In this document: piece after piece, positions 25,652 through 36,517 of the stretch | Position numbering within the stretch: position 1 is the first letter of the stretch | Layout of the letters: every line of letters begins with the position of its first letter | Assembly (NCBI GenBank): GCA_964352335.1 | Contig: CAYGRO010000002.1 | Location: forward strand, 77,138 to 141,137 | Direction of reading: 5' to 3' | Source of the DNA: an uncultured Gammaproteobacteria bacterium | GTDB lineage: Bacteria; Patescibacteriota; Patescibacteriia; VMEV01; CAYQCH01 | DNA: 64,000 bases | Notes under the pieces: model-generated | Databases searched by the model: none | Told to the model about the DNA's origin: nothing | The model's input: the letters and a program-made list of their open reading frames with translations, nothing else | Made by a program: the position numbers and the translations under genes

Positions 25652-26776
25652 TTATTTTGTTTGGTCGATATACTTTAACAATTGTTCTTTGAACTGTTTT
25701 GTTGAAAATATTTGTGCATGTTCACAAAGGACTTTTGGATCATAATCTTGATCTTTGAAGCGAATAATTGTGTCTGAAATCTCTTCCCAAGTTTGTTCAT
25801 GAAAGAATAAACCTGTTTTTCCATCAATAACCGTTTCTTTTGCGCCACCTTGTGAATAAGCAATCACAGGAGTCCCAGAAGCCATTGCCTCAATAGGCGT
25901 AATACCAAAGTCTTCTACTTGAGGGTTAATAAAAGCTCTTGCATTTCTATACAATTGCGCTCTTTCCTCATCTGTAACATACCCTAATAATTCAATATGA
26001 TCTCTCGCTAGTTTTTTTAAAGCCTGAAACTCTGGACCAGTTCCAAAAATTTTTAACTTCATTCCTAATCGGTTAAAGGCTTTAACTATTAGATCAAAAC
26101 GTTTATAGGCGACTAATCTTCCACCGGCTAAGAAATACTCTCCACCTGGTTCCGATTTAGGAGTGAATGCTTCTAAATCAACAGGAGGATATAAAACGGT
26201 AGAATCTTTTTTATAATATTTTTGAATCCGTTCTTGAACGGTTTTAGAATTCGCTAAAAAATAATCAACTCGATCTGCGGCAAGTCGATCCCAGATTCTT
26301 AATTTCGTTAAAACAAGCGGAAGTAATTTTTTGATTAAAAATGGATACCGTAATTCTTTTATGTAAGAATGTGTATCTGTCCAAAGATATCTTGTTGGTG
26401 AATGACAATAACAAATATGCTTTGTTGTTGGTAATGTTAATACTCCTTTTGCAAATGCGGAACTGCTTGAGATAACAAGATCATATTCAGTTAAATCATA
26501 AGCTTCTGTAGCTGTTGGCATTAATGGTAAATACCATTGATATTTACTTATACTGAAAGGAAGTTTTTGCAAAAAGGACGTTCGAATATCCTTACCTTTA
26601 AATATCCTATTTGCATTTTTTTTATCATAAAGCAACGTAAAGGTAGGAGCATCTGGAAAAATATCCTGAAGCACCTTTAGTACTTTTTCTGCTCCGCCAT
26701 CTTGGACAAGATGATCATGGATTAATGCTACTTTCATGTATAATTCCCCTTTATTTATGTCGTTTAAGTACTGCAA
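25652..26776 (-). CDS. Glycosyltransferase family 4 (GT-B, group 1)
   Basis: GT1/GT4 C-terminal domain with an EX7E-like region (ITPIEAMASGTPVIAYSQGGAKETV). Confidence 0.7.
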   Translation of the reverse strand: MQYLNDINKGELYMKVALIHDHLVQDGGAEKVLKVLQDIFPDAPTFTLLYDKKNANRIFKGKDIRTSFLQKLPFSISKYQWYLPLMPTATEAYDLTEYDLVISSSSAFAKGVLTLPTTKHICYCHSPTRYLWTDTHSYIKELRYPFLIKKLLPLVLTKLRIWDRLAADRVDYFLANSKTVQERIQKYYKKDSTVLYPPVDLEAFTPKSEPGGEYFLAGGRLVAYKRFDLIVKAFNRLGMKLKIFGTGPEFQALKKLARDHIELLGYVTDEERAQLYRNARAFINPQVEDFGITPIEAMASGTPVIAYSQGGAKETVIDGKTGLFFHEQTWEEISDTIIRFKDQDYDPKVLCEHAQIFSTKQFKEQLLKYIDQTK

Positions 26777-28172
26777 TTGGCGTTTTCAGCAGAATAGCAA
26801 TATCTGCACGTAAACTCCAGTTTTCGATATAAAATACGTCTAAACGAGCTTCTTCATCATAATTAAGGTCTGATCTTCCAGAGATTTGAGCTAAACCAGT
26901 AATCCCTGGTTTGGCAACGAAAACTCGCTTGTGCTCGCGCTTATATCCTTCTACTTCTCGTGGTTGATGCGGACGCGGACCAACAAGGCTCATATCACCA
27001 CGTAATACATTGAAAAATTGTGGTAATTCATCTAGGCTCCATTTTTCTAAATAAGAACCAATTTTTGTATTTCGAGGGTCATTAAGTACTTTATAAATTG
27101 GCCCATCTCGCTCACTTTGTTTTTGAATAAGCTCTTTTTCATATGTTTCTGCATTTCCTTTTGTATCGTAACCAGGTCCGGTATTAAATTCAGATTTAAA
27201 TCGTCTAAATTTATAGAGCGAAAATTGATCACCTGATTTCCCTACTCGCAAATTTTTATAAAATACGGCTCCCCGACTTTCTATTTTGATGAGTATTGCG
27301 ATAACTAACATCACTGGTGAAGCTATGATTAATGAGAGCGACGCGACGATAATATCAAAAATACGTTTTACAATTCTTCCCCATCCATCAAGTGGTGTTT
27401 GTTTAATTTCAACAATCGGAATATCTCCAACAGCTGTGATCTCTGTATTTGAAACTTTGGTATTAAAAAGATCTGCAACATAAGCAAATTGAAGATGATG
27501 ATCTCTTGCAAAATCTAAAACAAGTTCTGTTGATTTTCGACTTGTATTTACAGAAGCAATTAAAATACTATCTGCATGAAGATTTGGAAGAGCAGCTGTT
27601 AATTGCTCTAAAGAATCTTTATTCACCAGATGAAGCCTCTTTACCACCATTAAACCATGGCGATAATTAGCCTTAATTGTTTTTAGCACACCTTGAGTAT
27701 GTTTATCGTCACCAACGAGAATAACACGTCTAACTCCAATTTTACGCTTATAAAATCGAAATTTAATTAATCGAACTATTGATCTAGCTGCAATTACATA
27801 AAATATCGCTAAAGCAGATCCTGCTAAAACAATAAAACGTGAATTAAATAATTCTCCGCGTAAAAAGATGAGAATAGTGATGGCAGCAAAACCAAGTAAG
27901 CTTGCTGCAATAATTTTTTTCCACTCTGTTAATATTTTTCTTGGATGCCCAATCGAATACAAGCCAGAAAGTGCAAATAAAAAAATCCACAAAAGAATAA
28001 GTGGAATCGCAATCTTAATATAACTAAGAAAATCAAATTCAAAAATAGCTGGACGATACTTAGTCACAACGCTCTCAAACCGCAATGAATAAGCAGTTAC
28101 AGTCGCAGCAAAAAGCATTAGAAAATCTAATGGTATTAAAAGAAATCCAACAATGAGCTCAAACTTTTTCAT
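26751..28172 (-). CDS. Polyprenyl-phosphate hexose-1-phosphate transferase (WbaP/CpsE/WcaJ-like priming sugar transferase)
   Basis: Bacterial sugar transferase C-domain (IFDIIVASLSLIIASPVMLVIAILIKIESRGAVFYKNLRVGKSG...LDELPQFFNVLRGDMSLVGPRP) with N-terminal TM helices. Confidence 0.75.
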   Translation of the reverse strand: MKKFELIVGFLLIPLDFLMLFAATVTAYSLRFESVVTKYRPAIFEFDFLSYIKIAIPLILLWIFLFALSGLYSIGHPRKILTEWKKIIAASLLGFAAITILIFLRGELFNSRFIVLAGSALAIFYVIAARSIVRLIKFRFYKRKIGVRRVILVGDDKHTQGVLKTIKANYRHGLMVVKRLHLVNKDSLEQLTAALPNLHADSILIASVNTSRKSTELVLDFARDHHLQFAYVADLFNTKVSNTEITAVGDIPIVEIKQTPLDGWGRIVKRIFDIIVASLSLIIASPVMLVIAILIKIESRGAVFYKNLRVGKSGDQFSLYKFRRFKSEFNTGPGYDTKGNAETYEKELIQKQSERDGPIYKVLNDPRNTKIGSYLEKWSLDELPQFFNVLRGDMSLVGPRPHQPREVEGYKREHKRVFVAKPGITGLAQISGRSDLNYDEEARLDVFYIENWSLRADIAILLKTPIAVLKRHK

Positions 28173-28301
28173 AAATCGTATTCACGAGAATAAATACAAG
28201 ACCAATGCAGGTTTCATTCAGACAAGTACAAACGAATTATACCATTGTCTGTCGTCGTCTGAAACTAATCTGTAATCGTCTGTATATGTCTCCGCCAAAG
28301 C

Positions 28302-28758
28302 GGCTCAGGTTGGCAATAAGCCGAATTTTGTCCCCATCTTCGCATGAAGCTTAGATGGGTGATGATTATCTATCTAGCCCTGCAATTGCTTGCAGGATCG
28401 AGCGCACTACCAAATTTGCACTTGCACCAGGTAGGGTTTACCACCAATACCGCTCACACGGCATGGACAGATGTAGCAGTCAACGCATTAGCTTTTAGGG
28501 CTAAAAAGATGTTAAAGACATCATCTGACTTTTCACGTTTCAATTTGCGCAGCAAATCAATCCCGAGCTTTGCCGAGGGATACCCTTCGACAAGCTCAGG
28601 GTAGCTTTGCTACGCAAACCTAGTATAGTCTCTGTGGCACTGGCCCTAGGTTACCCTTGGTTCCATTTCGGAACTACCTTTTTTATGGTGTTCGGACTTT
28701 CCTCCTGTTTTGAGCTAAAAATAGCAAAAAAACAGGCAATCATCTAGCTAACCTGAGA
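28302..28758 (-). ncRNA. rnpB: RNase P RNA (rnpB), bacterial type A-like
   Basis: The minus-strand reading contains P4 5' strand GGAGGAAAGTCCGAACACC (cf. AGGAAAGTCCGGGCUCC) and 3' P4 GGGGACAAAATTCGGCTTATTGCC (cf. ACAGAACCCGGCUUA). GTAAACCCTACCTGGTGCAAG matches the GGUAAACNCCACCYGGAGCAAG region. P1 pairing CTCAGGTT/AACCTGAG; P3 hairpin CCTGTTTT...AAAACAGG. Confidence 0.8.
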
Positions 28759-28763
28759 GCAGA

Positions 28764-28792
28764 AATATAACATATTTTAAGGTATTCGTCAA
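28764..28792 (-). promoter_or_regulatory. sigma70 promoter TTGACG-17-TATATT for rnpB
   Basis: On the minus strand, -35 at 28792-28787 and -10 at 28769-28764, placing the TSS ~7 nt upstream of the P1 helix. Confidence 0.55.
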
Positions 28793-28809
28793 ACACCCTT
28801 TTTTCTTCT

Positions 28810-31800
28810 TTATTTGTCGTCAAATGCCTTCAAAATAGCAGAAATTTGCTCTATATGACTCAATGTATCATTTACTGGGTAAATGACCTTATTATCCCCC
28901 ACAATCTTAAAATCAGGGATATAGGGAATCAGTAAATCTACATATTGTGGTCTCAATTTTGTAAATGTTAATTCAATTTGTTTTTTCACCATTCCATCTG
29001 GAAGCAAGACCTGTTGATAGTCTACCCCAATAATTGGTGTAGAACGTGCAAGGAATTTTAATCCCAAAAGCGATTTTAAATTATTTAATTGCTCACGATC
29101 CTCAATTGGTAGTTGATCGATTTGATCTTGATATTCATCTAAACTTTCGTCGAGATCAGTTACCGATATGGCTTGAGATAAAAGTCGATACAATTTCAAT
29201 CTTTCTGAAGGCTCTGAAATTAAGGCATTAGGTAAACCATAATTAATCGGTAAATTGATATTTACAGGAGTATCTTGTTTTTGTATCTCCCCTGTTTCTA
29301 ATTCTTCAACGGCTTGTCGTAGTAATTTTCCATAGAGAGATAATCCAACTTTTTGAATTTGACCATGCTGTTGCTTACCAAGCATTTGTCCCATACCACG
29401 CATTTCTAAATCACGCATTGCCAGTTGAAAACCAGAACCGAGTTCTTTTGCTTCTTCTAAAATTTGTAATCTAGTTGCAGCAACCCCACTAATCCCCGCT
29501 TCTGGATACAGGAATAAAGCATGCGCCTTTACTGTTCCTCGACCAATACGACCACGAATTTGGTATAACTGACCAATTCCATATCTCGTTGCATTATGCA
29601 CAATAAGCGTATTTACATTTGGTAAATCAAGACCATTTTCTACAATGGTGGTACAGACAAGAACATCAATTTTACCAGCTCCAAACTCAGAAGCAACACG
29701 TGCCATTTCTGAGGGAGGCATTTGACCATGTACAATATCAATTTTCACTTTAGCCCCCAATAATTCCTGCAGTTTTCTCTTCATGGTTGTAATTGTTTGT
29801 ACACGATTATACAAATAAAATGCTTGTCCACCTCGTTTAAGTTCATCAGAAATAGACTTCTTAACAATGTCTTGATCATATTCATGAATCTTCGTGATAA
29901 TTGGCTGTCTCCCTTTTGGTGGAGTTTGAATTGTAGAAATATCGCGTAACCCTGAAATAGAAAAATACAATGTCCGAGGAATTGGTGTAGCACTTAACGT
30001 GAGAATATGCGCATGAGACCTTAATGATTTTAATTTTTCCTTATGGCGAACTCCAAATCGTTGTTCTTCATCTACAATTACAAGCCCCATATTATCAAAA
30101 TTGACATCTTTAGATAATAATCGATGTGTGCCAATCACAATATCAATAGATCCATTTTTCACACCTTCGACCACTTTTGTAATAGATGTATTCTCGCTAT
30201 CTTTGCCTACTTTTCCTGTAAAGCGTGAAAGCATTTCAATATTGACCCCCAAGCCTTTTAATCTTTTTGAAAATGTATCGTAATGTTGTTGAGCAAGTAA
30301 TGTAGTTGGACAAAGGACTGCAACTTGTTTGTGATTGAGCACGGCTTGATAGGTAGCACGTATTGCTACTTCGGTTTTCCCAAAACCAACATCTCCAACA
30401 ACAAGCCGGTCCATTGGTGTCGGTTTTTGCAAATCTGTATAGACATCATTAATGGCCTGTTCTTGATCTGGAGTTTCTTGATAAGGAAAGGATTCATGAA
30501 GTTGTTTATCTGCATCTAAATAGACTTGCCATGAAGGAACAGAAATAAGTGAACGCTGTGCATAGAGTTTTAACAAATCTCGTGCAAATTCTTGCGATTC
30601 CTGACTTGCTTTTCTCGATAAACGAATCCAACTAGTACCAGAAAGTCTTTGTAACTTAGGTTTCGCTTCCCCAATATATTTATCAACTTTATAGGCGAGT
30701 TCTACAGGAACATAGAGTTTATCTCCGTTTGCATATTCTAAAATCAAATTTTCACGTTTATAGCCTTCGATTTCTGTTTCAGTCAAACCTAAATAACGAC
30801 CAATCCCATGATCTTCATGCACGATATAATCATTGATTTGTAATTTTGTAACAAAGGCGGCATTATCTCTTCTTTTTTGTTTCTTTACTTCTTTGCGACC
30901 AAATATTTCTGAATGAGTAAGCAAAACATATTTTTCTTTTCGGTCAATAAAACCTTCTAATGGAATAAATTGCTCGATGAATGTAATATCATCAAACTCG
31001 ACTTCTGCTTCATGTAAAGCTGTTTTAATGACTTGTTCATCAATAGTTGCAATAACAATTGCATATCCATGATCCATAAACTGATTGAGATCCATCGCTA
31101 ATTTCCCAAAATCTCTTTTATACTTTGCAACATGATGTAAATCAAACTTCTCTAATTCTTCATCTGTTGTATTTTCAAATGTTTGAAAAATGAAATTCTT
31201 TTCCTTTTGGTCCGATTTATAACCTAATTGATCTGAATAAACCTCACTGCCTGGATATTTTTTGATATCTAAAGCAGATAATTCTTCTAAGTTAATTTCT
31301 GCTGGTAAAATTTCTAATGCTGACTGAGCACTTTTTGAAGAAAGCGAGACAATAGACTCAATTTTATCAATAGCAAATACAATTCGAGTTTCATCATCTT
31401 TTTCTCTAAGAATGAGTGATTCTCCTTTTACAGAAAATGAAAAAGAATCTTCTTCATGATTTGTATATCCTAATGCTAGTAATCTCTTTTTAAAATTTTG
31501 TGGAGTCATCGATTGACCAACTGAAACGGAAATACTTTTTTCAGAAATAAGTGATAAAGCACGATTTAAAACAGCGTAGGTTTCAACCGTCATGACATAA
31601 ACACCAGAAGTTTTGTCTAAAAGAGCTTTTAAAGATGCCCCAAAATGAGCATGCGTAGGATCTAAATAAAACGCACCAATTTTATGATTTAAATGTTTTG
31701 CTAGTACTAATACCGTTTCAGTTGCCACTTGAGCCAAATGATCCGACTCAACCAACCAATAATAAATTTCACCCTCTTTATGGGAGGATGTTATGGTTTT

Positions 31801-31851
31801 CAGCAAAGCATAGGCTTGCTGTGAAAGAGATTTAGCTCCGTAAATTTGCAT
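28810..31851 (-). CDS. mfd: Transcription-repair coupling factor Mfd
   Basis: SF2 helicase motifs (GDVGFGKTEVA, DEEQRFG, LTLSATPIPRT) plus a C-terminal TRCF-like region; 1013 aa. Confidence 0.8.
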   Translation of the reverse strand: MQIYGAKSLSQQAYALLKTITSSHKEGEIYYWLVESDHLAQVATETVLVLAKHLNHKIGAFYLDPTHAHFGASLKALLDKTSGVYVMTVETYAVLNRALSLISEKSISVSVGQSMTPQNFKKRLLALGYTNHEEDSFSFSVKGESLILREKDDETRIVFAIDKIESIVSLSSKSAQSALEILPAEINLEELSALDIKKYPGSEVYSDQLGYKSDQKEKNFIFQTFENTTDEELEKFDLHHVAKYKRDFGKLAMDLNQFMDHGYAIVIATIDEQVIKTALHEAEVEFDDITFIEQFIPLEGFIDRKEKYVLLTHSEIFGRKEVKKQKRRDNAAFVTKLQINDYIVHEDHGIGRYLGLTETEIEGYKRENLILEYANGDKLYVPVELAYKVDKYIGEAKPKLQRLSGTSWIRLSRKASQESQEFARDLLKLYAQRSLISVPSWQVYLDADKQLHESFPYQETPDQEQAINDVYTDLQKPTPMDRLVVGDVGFGKTEVAIRATYQAVLNHKQVAVLCPTTLLAQQHYDTFSKRLKGLGVNIEMLSRFTGKVGKDSENTSITKVVEGVKNGSIDIVIGTHRLLSKDVNFDNMGLVIVDEEQRFGVRHKEKLKSLRSHAHILTLSATPIPRTLYFSISGLRDISTIQTPPKGRQPIITKIHEYDQDIVKKSISDELKRGGQAFYLYNRVQTITTMKRKLQELLGAKVKIDIVHGQMPPSEMARVASEFGAGKIDVLVCTTIVENGLDLPNVNTLIVHNATRYGIGQLYQIRGRIGRGTVKAHALFLYPEAGISGVAATRLQILEEAKELGSGFQLAMRDLEMRGMGQMLGKQQHGQIQKVGLSLYGKLLRQAVEELETGEIQKQDTPVNINLPINYGLPNALISEPSERLKLYRLLSQAISVTDLDESLDEYQDQIDQLPIEDREQLNNLKSLLGLKFLARSTPIIGVDYQQVLLPDGMVKKQIELTFTKLRPQYVDLLIPYIPDFKIVGDNKVIYPVNDTLSHIEQISAILKAFDDK

Positions 31852-31858
31852 AAACTAC

Positions 31859-32269
31859 CTATTGTTTATTTCTATCCATTGCATCATTTGCTAATTGGTC
31901 AGCTACTTTATTTTTTTCCCTCCGAACATGCTCAAAAGTAACATCAACAAATTGTTGTCTCAAATTCCAAATCTGTACAAATAACTTTGCAAGATGCTCG
32001 TTTTTTACTCTATATTCACCCGACATTTGCTTAACAATCAACTCTGAATCTAAACGACAATGAACACGCTCAGCTTCTAATTCCTTAGCTTTTTGCAATG
32101 CCAAAAGCAAGGCAGTGTATTCTGCCACATTATTAGTTTGTTTGCCAAGATACTCAGAAATTTCAGCAAGAACCTCATTTGTTTCCTTATCATATAAAAC
32201 AGCACCAGCGCCCGATGGACCTGGATTACCGCGTGAACCTCCGTCTGTGTAGATGAGAATATTTAACAT
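31859..32269 (-). CDS. rnhA: Ribonuclease HI
   Basis: IYTDGGSRGNPGPSGAGAVL...EYTALLLAL...DSELIVKQM motifs. Start placed at Met28 (32269) because the longer ORF would overlap the recJ stop; the 32270-32352 interval is full of short palindromes. Confidence 0.7.
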   Translation of the reverse strand: MLNILIYTDGGSRGNPGPSGAGAVLYDKETNEVLAEISEYLGKQTNNVAEYTALLLALQKAKELEAERVHCRLDSELIVKQMSGEYRVKNEHLAKLFVQIWNLRQQFVDVTFEHVRREKNKVADQLANDAMDRNKQ

Positions 32270-32339
32270 GTGACTTGTCACAATTGACTTGAAAGTCAGT
32301 TGCCTCAGCCAAAGGCTGATCCGCCTTTGGCGGAAATGG

Positions 32340-34088
32340 TTAATTGTCAATTGTAGATGTGTCTCTTAATTCTTTTATCATTAATTGAATTTCACGATTT
32401 CCGTTCCATTCGTTTATCTCTAAAGAATAAACTAAATCAATCTTATCGCCAACTTGTAATTTTTCAACCCATTCCTTTTTACTAAAAGCAATCCCTTTTC
32501 GTAAGATTTTTCCATCATGTGTCACGACAAGACTTAAATGTTTGCCTTCTTGCCCAACGCCTCTACATTCAACGACCTCAACATTTTTAGAAACAAATAG
32601 TGGTTCTGGATTTCCTTGCCCAAATGGCTTTAATTCATCTAAGGCATCTGAAAAATCCCAGTCAAGATCTGAAATAGATAATTCCGCATCAATTTCTAAT
32701 TTTGGGACAAGATCTTCTGTCTTTAAACACTCCCTTGCATATTCATTAAATTGTGAAATCAACTGATCGAAATTATTATTATCTGCAATGGTAAATCCAC
32801 ATGCACGAGGATGCCCTCCAAATTTCAATAATAAATCTTTCGATCTGGCTAATGCTTCTGTACAATCAAAACCTTCGATACTTCTTCCAGATCCAGCAAT
32901 TTTCCCATCGAATTCACCAAGAATAAAAACAGGGCGGTGATATTTTTCCATGACTCTCCCAGCAATAAGCCCAACCACACCCATTGGCCATTCACGATTA
33001 TGAGCAACAAGCACAGAAGGCTCTTCTGGAATTTCGCCAATTTGTTCAAGCACTTCTTCAAAGATAGCGGTCGTTAATGTTCTCCTTTCGCGATTTGTTA
33101 TTTCTAATTCTTCTGCAAGGCGTATTGCATCAATTTCATTATCTGCCATTAATGTTGCATAGGCGGCATTTGCATGAGCCATGCGACCAGCCGCATTCAT
33201 GCGAGGGCCAATCACAAAACCTATTTGATAAGTCGACATTGGTGGGATCACACCATTTTTAATGACTCCGGCTTGTTGTAAGATCGCTTTCATTCCTATT
33301 CGATTCACTTTTTCGAGCACGAGAAGGCCATACTTAACTAAGGTTCGGTTTTCCCCAATCAATGGCACCATATCAGCCACTGAAGCAATTGCTACCATGT
33401 CTAATAACCATTTTTCAAAAGCTTCGTATTCTTTTGCCTTTGTTGGATCTTCTTTTAGCTTGGTTCGCAATAAGCCTTGTGCCAGTTTAAAAGCCACACC
33501 ACCACCAGCTAAATGCTTAAAAGGATAGGTTTCTCCCGGTACTTTTGGATGCAAAATAATACATGGAGGTAATTCTGGCTTAGATTCATGATGATCGGTC
33601 ACAATAACATCTATCCCTAATGCTTTGGCTTCTTTGATTTCTTCGACATTACTAATTCCGCAGTCACAGGTGATAATCAATTTTGTTTCTTGTTCATGAA
33701 GCAAATTTATTGTATTTGTATTAATTCCATATCCATCTTTTTCTCGATGAGGTAAAAAAACATCAATATCTTCTGCTCCGAGTTTTTTTAATGTTGTTGA
33801 GAGAATAACAGCCCCCGATAAACCATCCGCATCATAATCACCGTGGATAACGATTCGTTCCTTGGCTGCGATGGCATCAAAAACGCGTTTCACAGCTATT
33901 TCCATTTGATCAAAAAGAAATGGATCTAAAACATCATCTTCATAACGAGGATGTAGAAACTGTTCCATTTCTTCCTCGGTACGAATTTCGCGATCATAAA
34001 GTAAATCTGCAATAACCGGGTGCAACTCTGGGAATTCTTTTTTAAATTCAGCAGGAGCAGATTCGTTTATAATCCATTGTTTTTGCAT
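32340..34088 (-). CDS. recJ: Single-stranded-DNA-specific exonuclease RecJ
   Basis: DHH motifs (IVIHGDYDADGLSGAVIL, VIVTDHHE) and the DHHA1 region; 582 aa. Confidence 0.8.
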   Translation of the reverse strand: MQKQWIINESAPAEFKKEFPELHPVIADLLYDREIRTEEEMEQFLHPRYEDDVLDPFLFDQMEIAVKRVFDAIAAKERIVIHGDYDADGLSGAVILSTTLKKLGAEDIDVFLPHREKDGYGINTNTINLLHEQETKLIITCDCGISNVEEIKEAKALGIDVIVTDHHESKPELPPCIILHPKVPGETYPFKHLAGGGVAFKLAQGLLRTKLKEDPTKAKEYEAFEKWLLDMVAIASVADMVPLIGENRTLVKYGLLVLEKVNRIGMKAILQQAGVIKNGVIPPMSTYQIGFVIGPRMNAAGRMAHANAAYATLMADNEIDAIRLAEELEITNRERRTLTTAIFEEVLEQIGEIPEEPSVLVAHNREWPMGVVGLIAGRVMEKYHRPVFILGEFDGKIAGSGRSIEGFDCTEALARSKDLLLKFGGHPRACGFTIADNNNFDQLISQFNEYARECLKTEDLVPKLEIDAELSISDLDWDFSDALDELKPFGQGNPEPLFVSKNVEVVECRGVGQEGKHLSLVVTHDGKILRKGIAFSKKEWVEKLQVGDKIDLVYSLEINEWNGNREIQLMIKELRDTSTIDN

Positions 34089-34310
34089 AAATCTGAATGA
34101 AATTTAATGAGGATCTATTATAGCACACCAAACAAAAAGGCTTATAGATACTATTATCTACAAGCCCTTTCGCACTTCCTTTTGATTTAAAATATTCCTA
34201 CAGCAGGTGCAATAAGAATAAAGATCATAGAAAAGATGACCATGATACTTACAACCAGCCAAAAGGCTTTAAAAACGGTTTTTTTCTTCATAGAGTAAAT
34301 CAATAAGCAA

Positions 34311-36098
34311 TTATCGTTTTAAAACGGCTAAATAGGCTTCTGAACTAATATCAACTTTTCCATGCCCCATAGCTTCCATTTTCTTCTTTCCTTTCTTTTG
34401 TTTTTCAAGCACTTTACGTTTTCGAGTAACATCTCCACCATATAATCCAGCAGTAACATCTTTTCTAAATGCAGTTATTTGTTCACCCGCAACGACTTTC
34501 CCCCCAATAGCAGCCTGAATTTTAATCTTGAACATTTGTCTTGGTAAAACATCCTTTAATGTTCGTACAATTTTCTTACCAACTTCATGTGCATCATCTC
34601 GATAAACAATTGATGACAAAGCTTCTACTTTTTCTTCAGCAACCAAAATATCCATTTTCACTACATCTGCTTTTTGAAAACCATCAAATTCGTAGTTAAG
34701 TGAAGCATAACCAGAAGTTATTGACTTTAGTTTATCATAAAAATCGACAAGCATTACAGAGAGTGGTAAACGATAATGCAAAATAGCTCGAGTTTCATCA
34801 ATATATTCTGTATTGTCATAATCTCCTCTTCTCTCTTGAATCAATTGCATTAGAGCCCCCACATATTCAACAGGAGTAACAACATCTACTTTCATCATTG
34901 GTTCAAACAATTCAGCGATTTTTGTTGGATCTGGTAATTCTTCTGGACTTTTAATCACTCGTTTTTCGTCAGAATCTGTAGTCACAAGTTCATAAGCCAC
35001 ACTTGGTACGGTTACGATGATGTCCAAATCAAATTCTCGCTTGATCCGTTCTTGAATAATTTCTAAATGAAGCATTCCTAAAAACCCGCAACGGAAACCA
35101 AATCCTAAGGCTGGTGAATTCTCTTTTTCAAAAGAAAGCGATGCATCAGAAAGCTTTAAACGCTCCATAGCATCTGCAAGTGTAGGATAATCATCACCAG
35201 ATTTACAAAAAATCCCAGCAAAAACCATTGGTTTCATTTCTTTATACCCTGGCAATGCCTTTGTCACCTCTAAATCAGCTATTGTATCCCCTACGCGAAC
35301 ATCAGAAACATCTTTTAAACCTGTTACAATATAACCAATTTCCCCAGCTTCTAGCTTATCTGCTTTTACAAGATTTGGTTTGAAATACCCAACTTCAGAA
35401 ATAAGTAATTCTCGCCCAGAAGCCATGAATCGTATTTTTTGACCAGCTTTGACCTGACCATCAACAACACGGACATAAGCGATAGCTCCTCGATAATCAT
35501 CAAAAACTGAATCAAAAATCAATGCGCGCAAATTTTCATTTGCTTGTTTTAGCTTGGGTTCAGGAACAAGTCTTACTACTTCCTCAAGAATTTCTGAAAC
35601 ACCTAAGCCAGTTTTTCCAGAAGCTGGCATTACTTTTACATCTTTCCCTAATAATTGATGAATAGCTCTTTCTGTTGCTGGTAAATCAGCACTTGGTAAA
35701 TCAGCTTTATTGGCAACTGGAATAATCACAAGTTCTTGGTCAAATGCTAAATAGAGATTAGCCAATGTTTGTGCTTGAATCCCTTGTGAAGCATCTACGA
35801 GCAATACAGCACCTTCAACCGCTTGTAATGACCGAGACACTTCATAACTAAAATCTACATGCCCTGGTGTATCGATTAAATTCAAAATATATTCTTGACC
35901 ATCCAAAGCAGTATAGTTCATTCTTACTGGTTGTAATTTGATTGTGATACCACGTTCGCGTTCTAAATCCATTTGATCTAGTAATTGAGCTTTCATATCT
36001 CGCTTATCAATGGTCCCAGTCACCTCTAAAAAACGGTCAGCCAAAGTGGACTTCCCGTGATCAATATGTGCAATGATACAAAAATTTCTTATCTTCAT
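34311..36098 (-). CDS. lepA: Elongation factor 4 (LepA)
   Basis: IRNFCIIAHIDHGKSTLADR and GTPase G1-G5; LepA-specific C-terminal domain; 595 aa. Confidence 0.9.
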   Translation of the reverse strand: MKIRNFCIIAHIDHGKSTLADRFLEVTGTIDKRDMKAQLLDQMDLERERGITIKLQPVRMNYTALDGQEYILNLIDTPGHVDFSYEVSRSLQAVEGAVLLVDASQGIQAQTLANLYLAFDQELVIIPVANKADLPSADLPATERAIHQLLGKDVKVMPASGKTGLGVSEILEEVVRLVPEPKLKQANENLRALIFDSVFDDYRGAIAYVRVVDGQVKAGQKIRFMASGRELLISEVGYFKPNLVKADKLEAGEIGYIVTGLKDVSDVRVGDTIADLEVTKALPGYKEMKPMVFAGIFCKSGDDYPTLADAMERLKLSDASLSFEKENSPALGFGFRCGFLGMLHLEIIQERIKREFDLDIIVTVPSVAYELVTTDSDEKRVIKSPEELPDPTKIAELFEPMMKVDVVTPVEYVGALMQLIQERRGDYDNTEYIDETRAILHYRLPLSVMLVDFYDKLKSITSGYASLNYEFDGFQKADVVKMDILVAEEKVEALSSIVYRDDAHEVGKKIVRTLKDVLPRQMFKIKIQAAIGGKVVAGEQITAFRKDVTAGLYGGDVTRKRKVLEKQKKGKKKMEAMGHGKVDISSEAYLAVLKR

Positions 36099-36208
36099 AG
36101 TTGTGATACTAATCTACTAATTCATTCGAATCTACAAATAATTTACAAATAGACTTGTTATTTAAAAAGGACGACGATTTTTGCGCCGTCCTTTTCCCTT
36201 GTTCTTTT

Positions 36209-36517
36209 TTATTCAGAATCTGTAGCATCCGCTAATGACTCATCAATTGCTTTATCTATATGATCAACAATTTCATCATCCTGCATTTCTTCGTCGTCCC
36301 AATCCTCGTCTGAGAGTGCTGTACCATCTTCTTGTAATTCTTTAAGCCGTTTCCCTGCAATAGCGGCAGCATCATCGCTAGAATCATCCCAGTGTTTTTC
36401 TGTGGCCAATTGCTCACCACGTTCATCATGATCACTTAGGTCAGAAGGAACTGCTTTATTTGTTGTTTTGTCATCATTCATATGTGGATATATTAGCATT
36501 ATTGAGCTAATTGTCAA
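36209..36517 (-). CDS. Small acidic hypothetical protein
   Basis: 102 aa, highly acidic (D/E-rich). Followed by a hairpin terminator at ~36165-36200. Confidence 0.3.
   Translation of the reverse strand: MTISSIMLIYPHMNDDKTTNKAVPSDLSDHDERGEQLATEKHWDDSSDDAAAIAGKRLKELQEDGTALSDEDWDDEEMQDDEIVDHIDKAIDESLADATDSE

Noticed and set aside
32270-32352. Cluster of short palindromes (acaattgac...gtcaattgt; ccaaaggc...gcctttgg) between recJ and rnhA
   Set aside because: Consistent with a simple recJ terminator / rnhA 5' region once rnhA is started at Met28. Insufficient to call a separate element.
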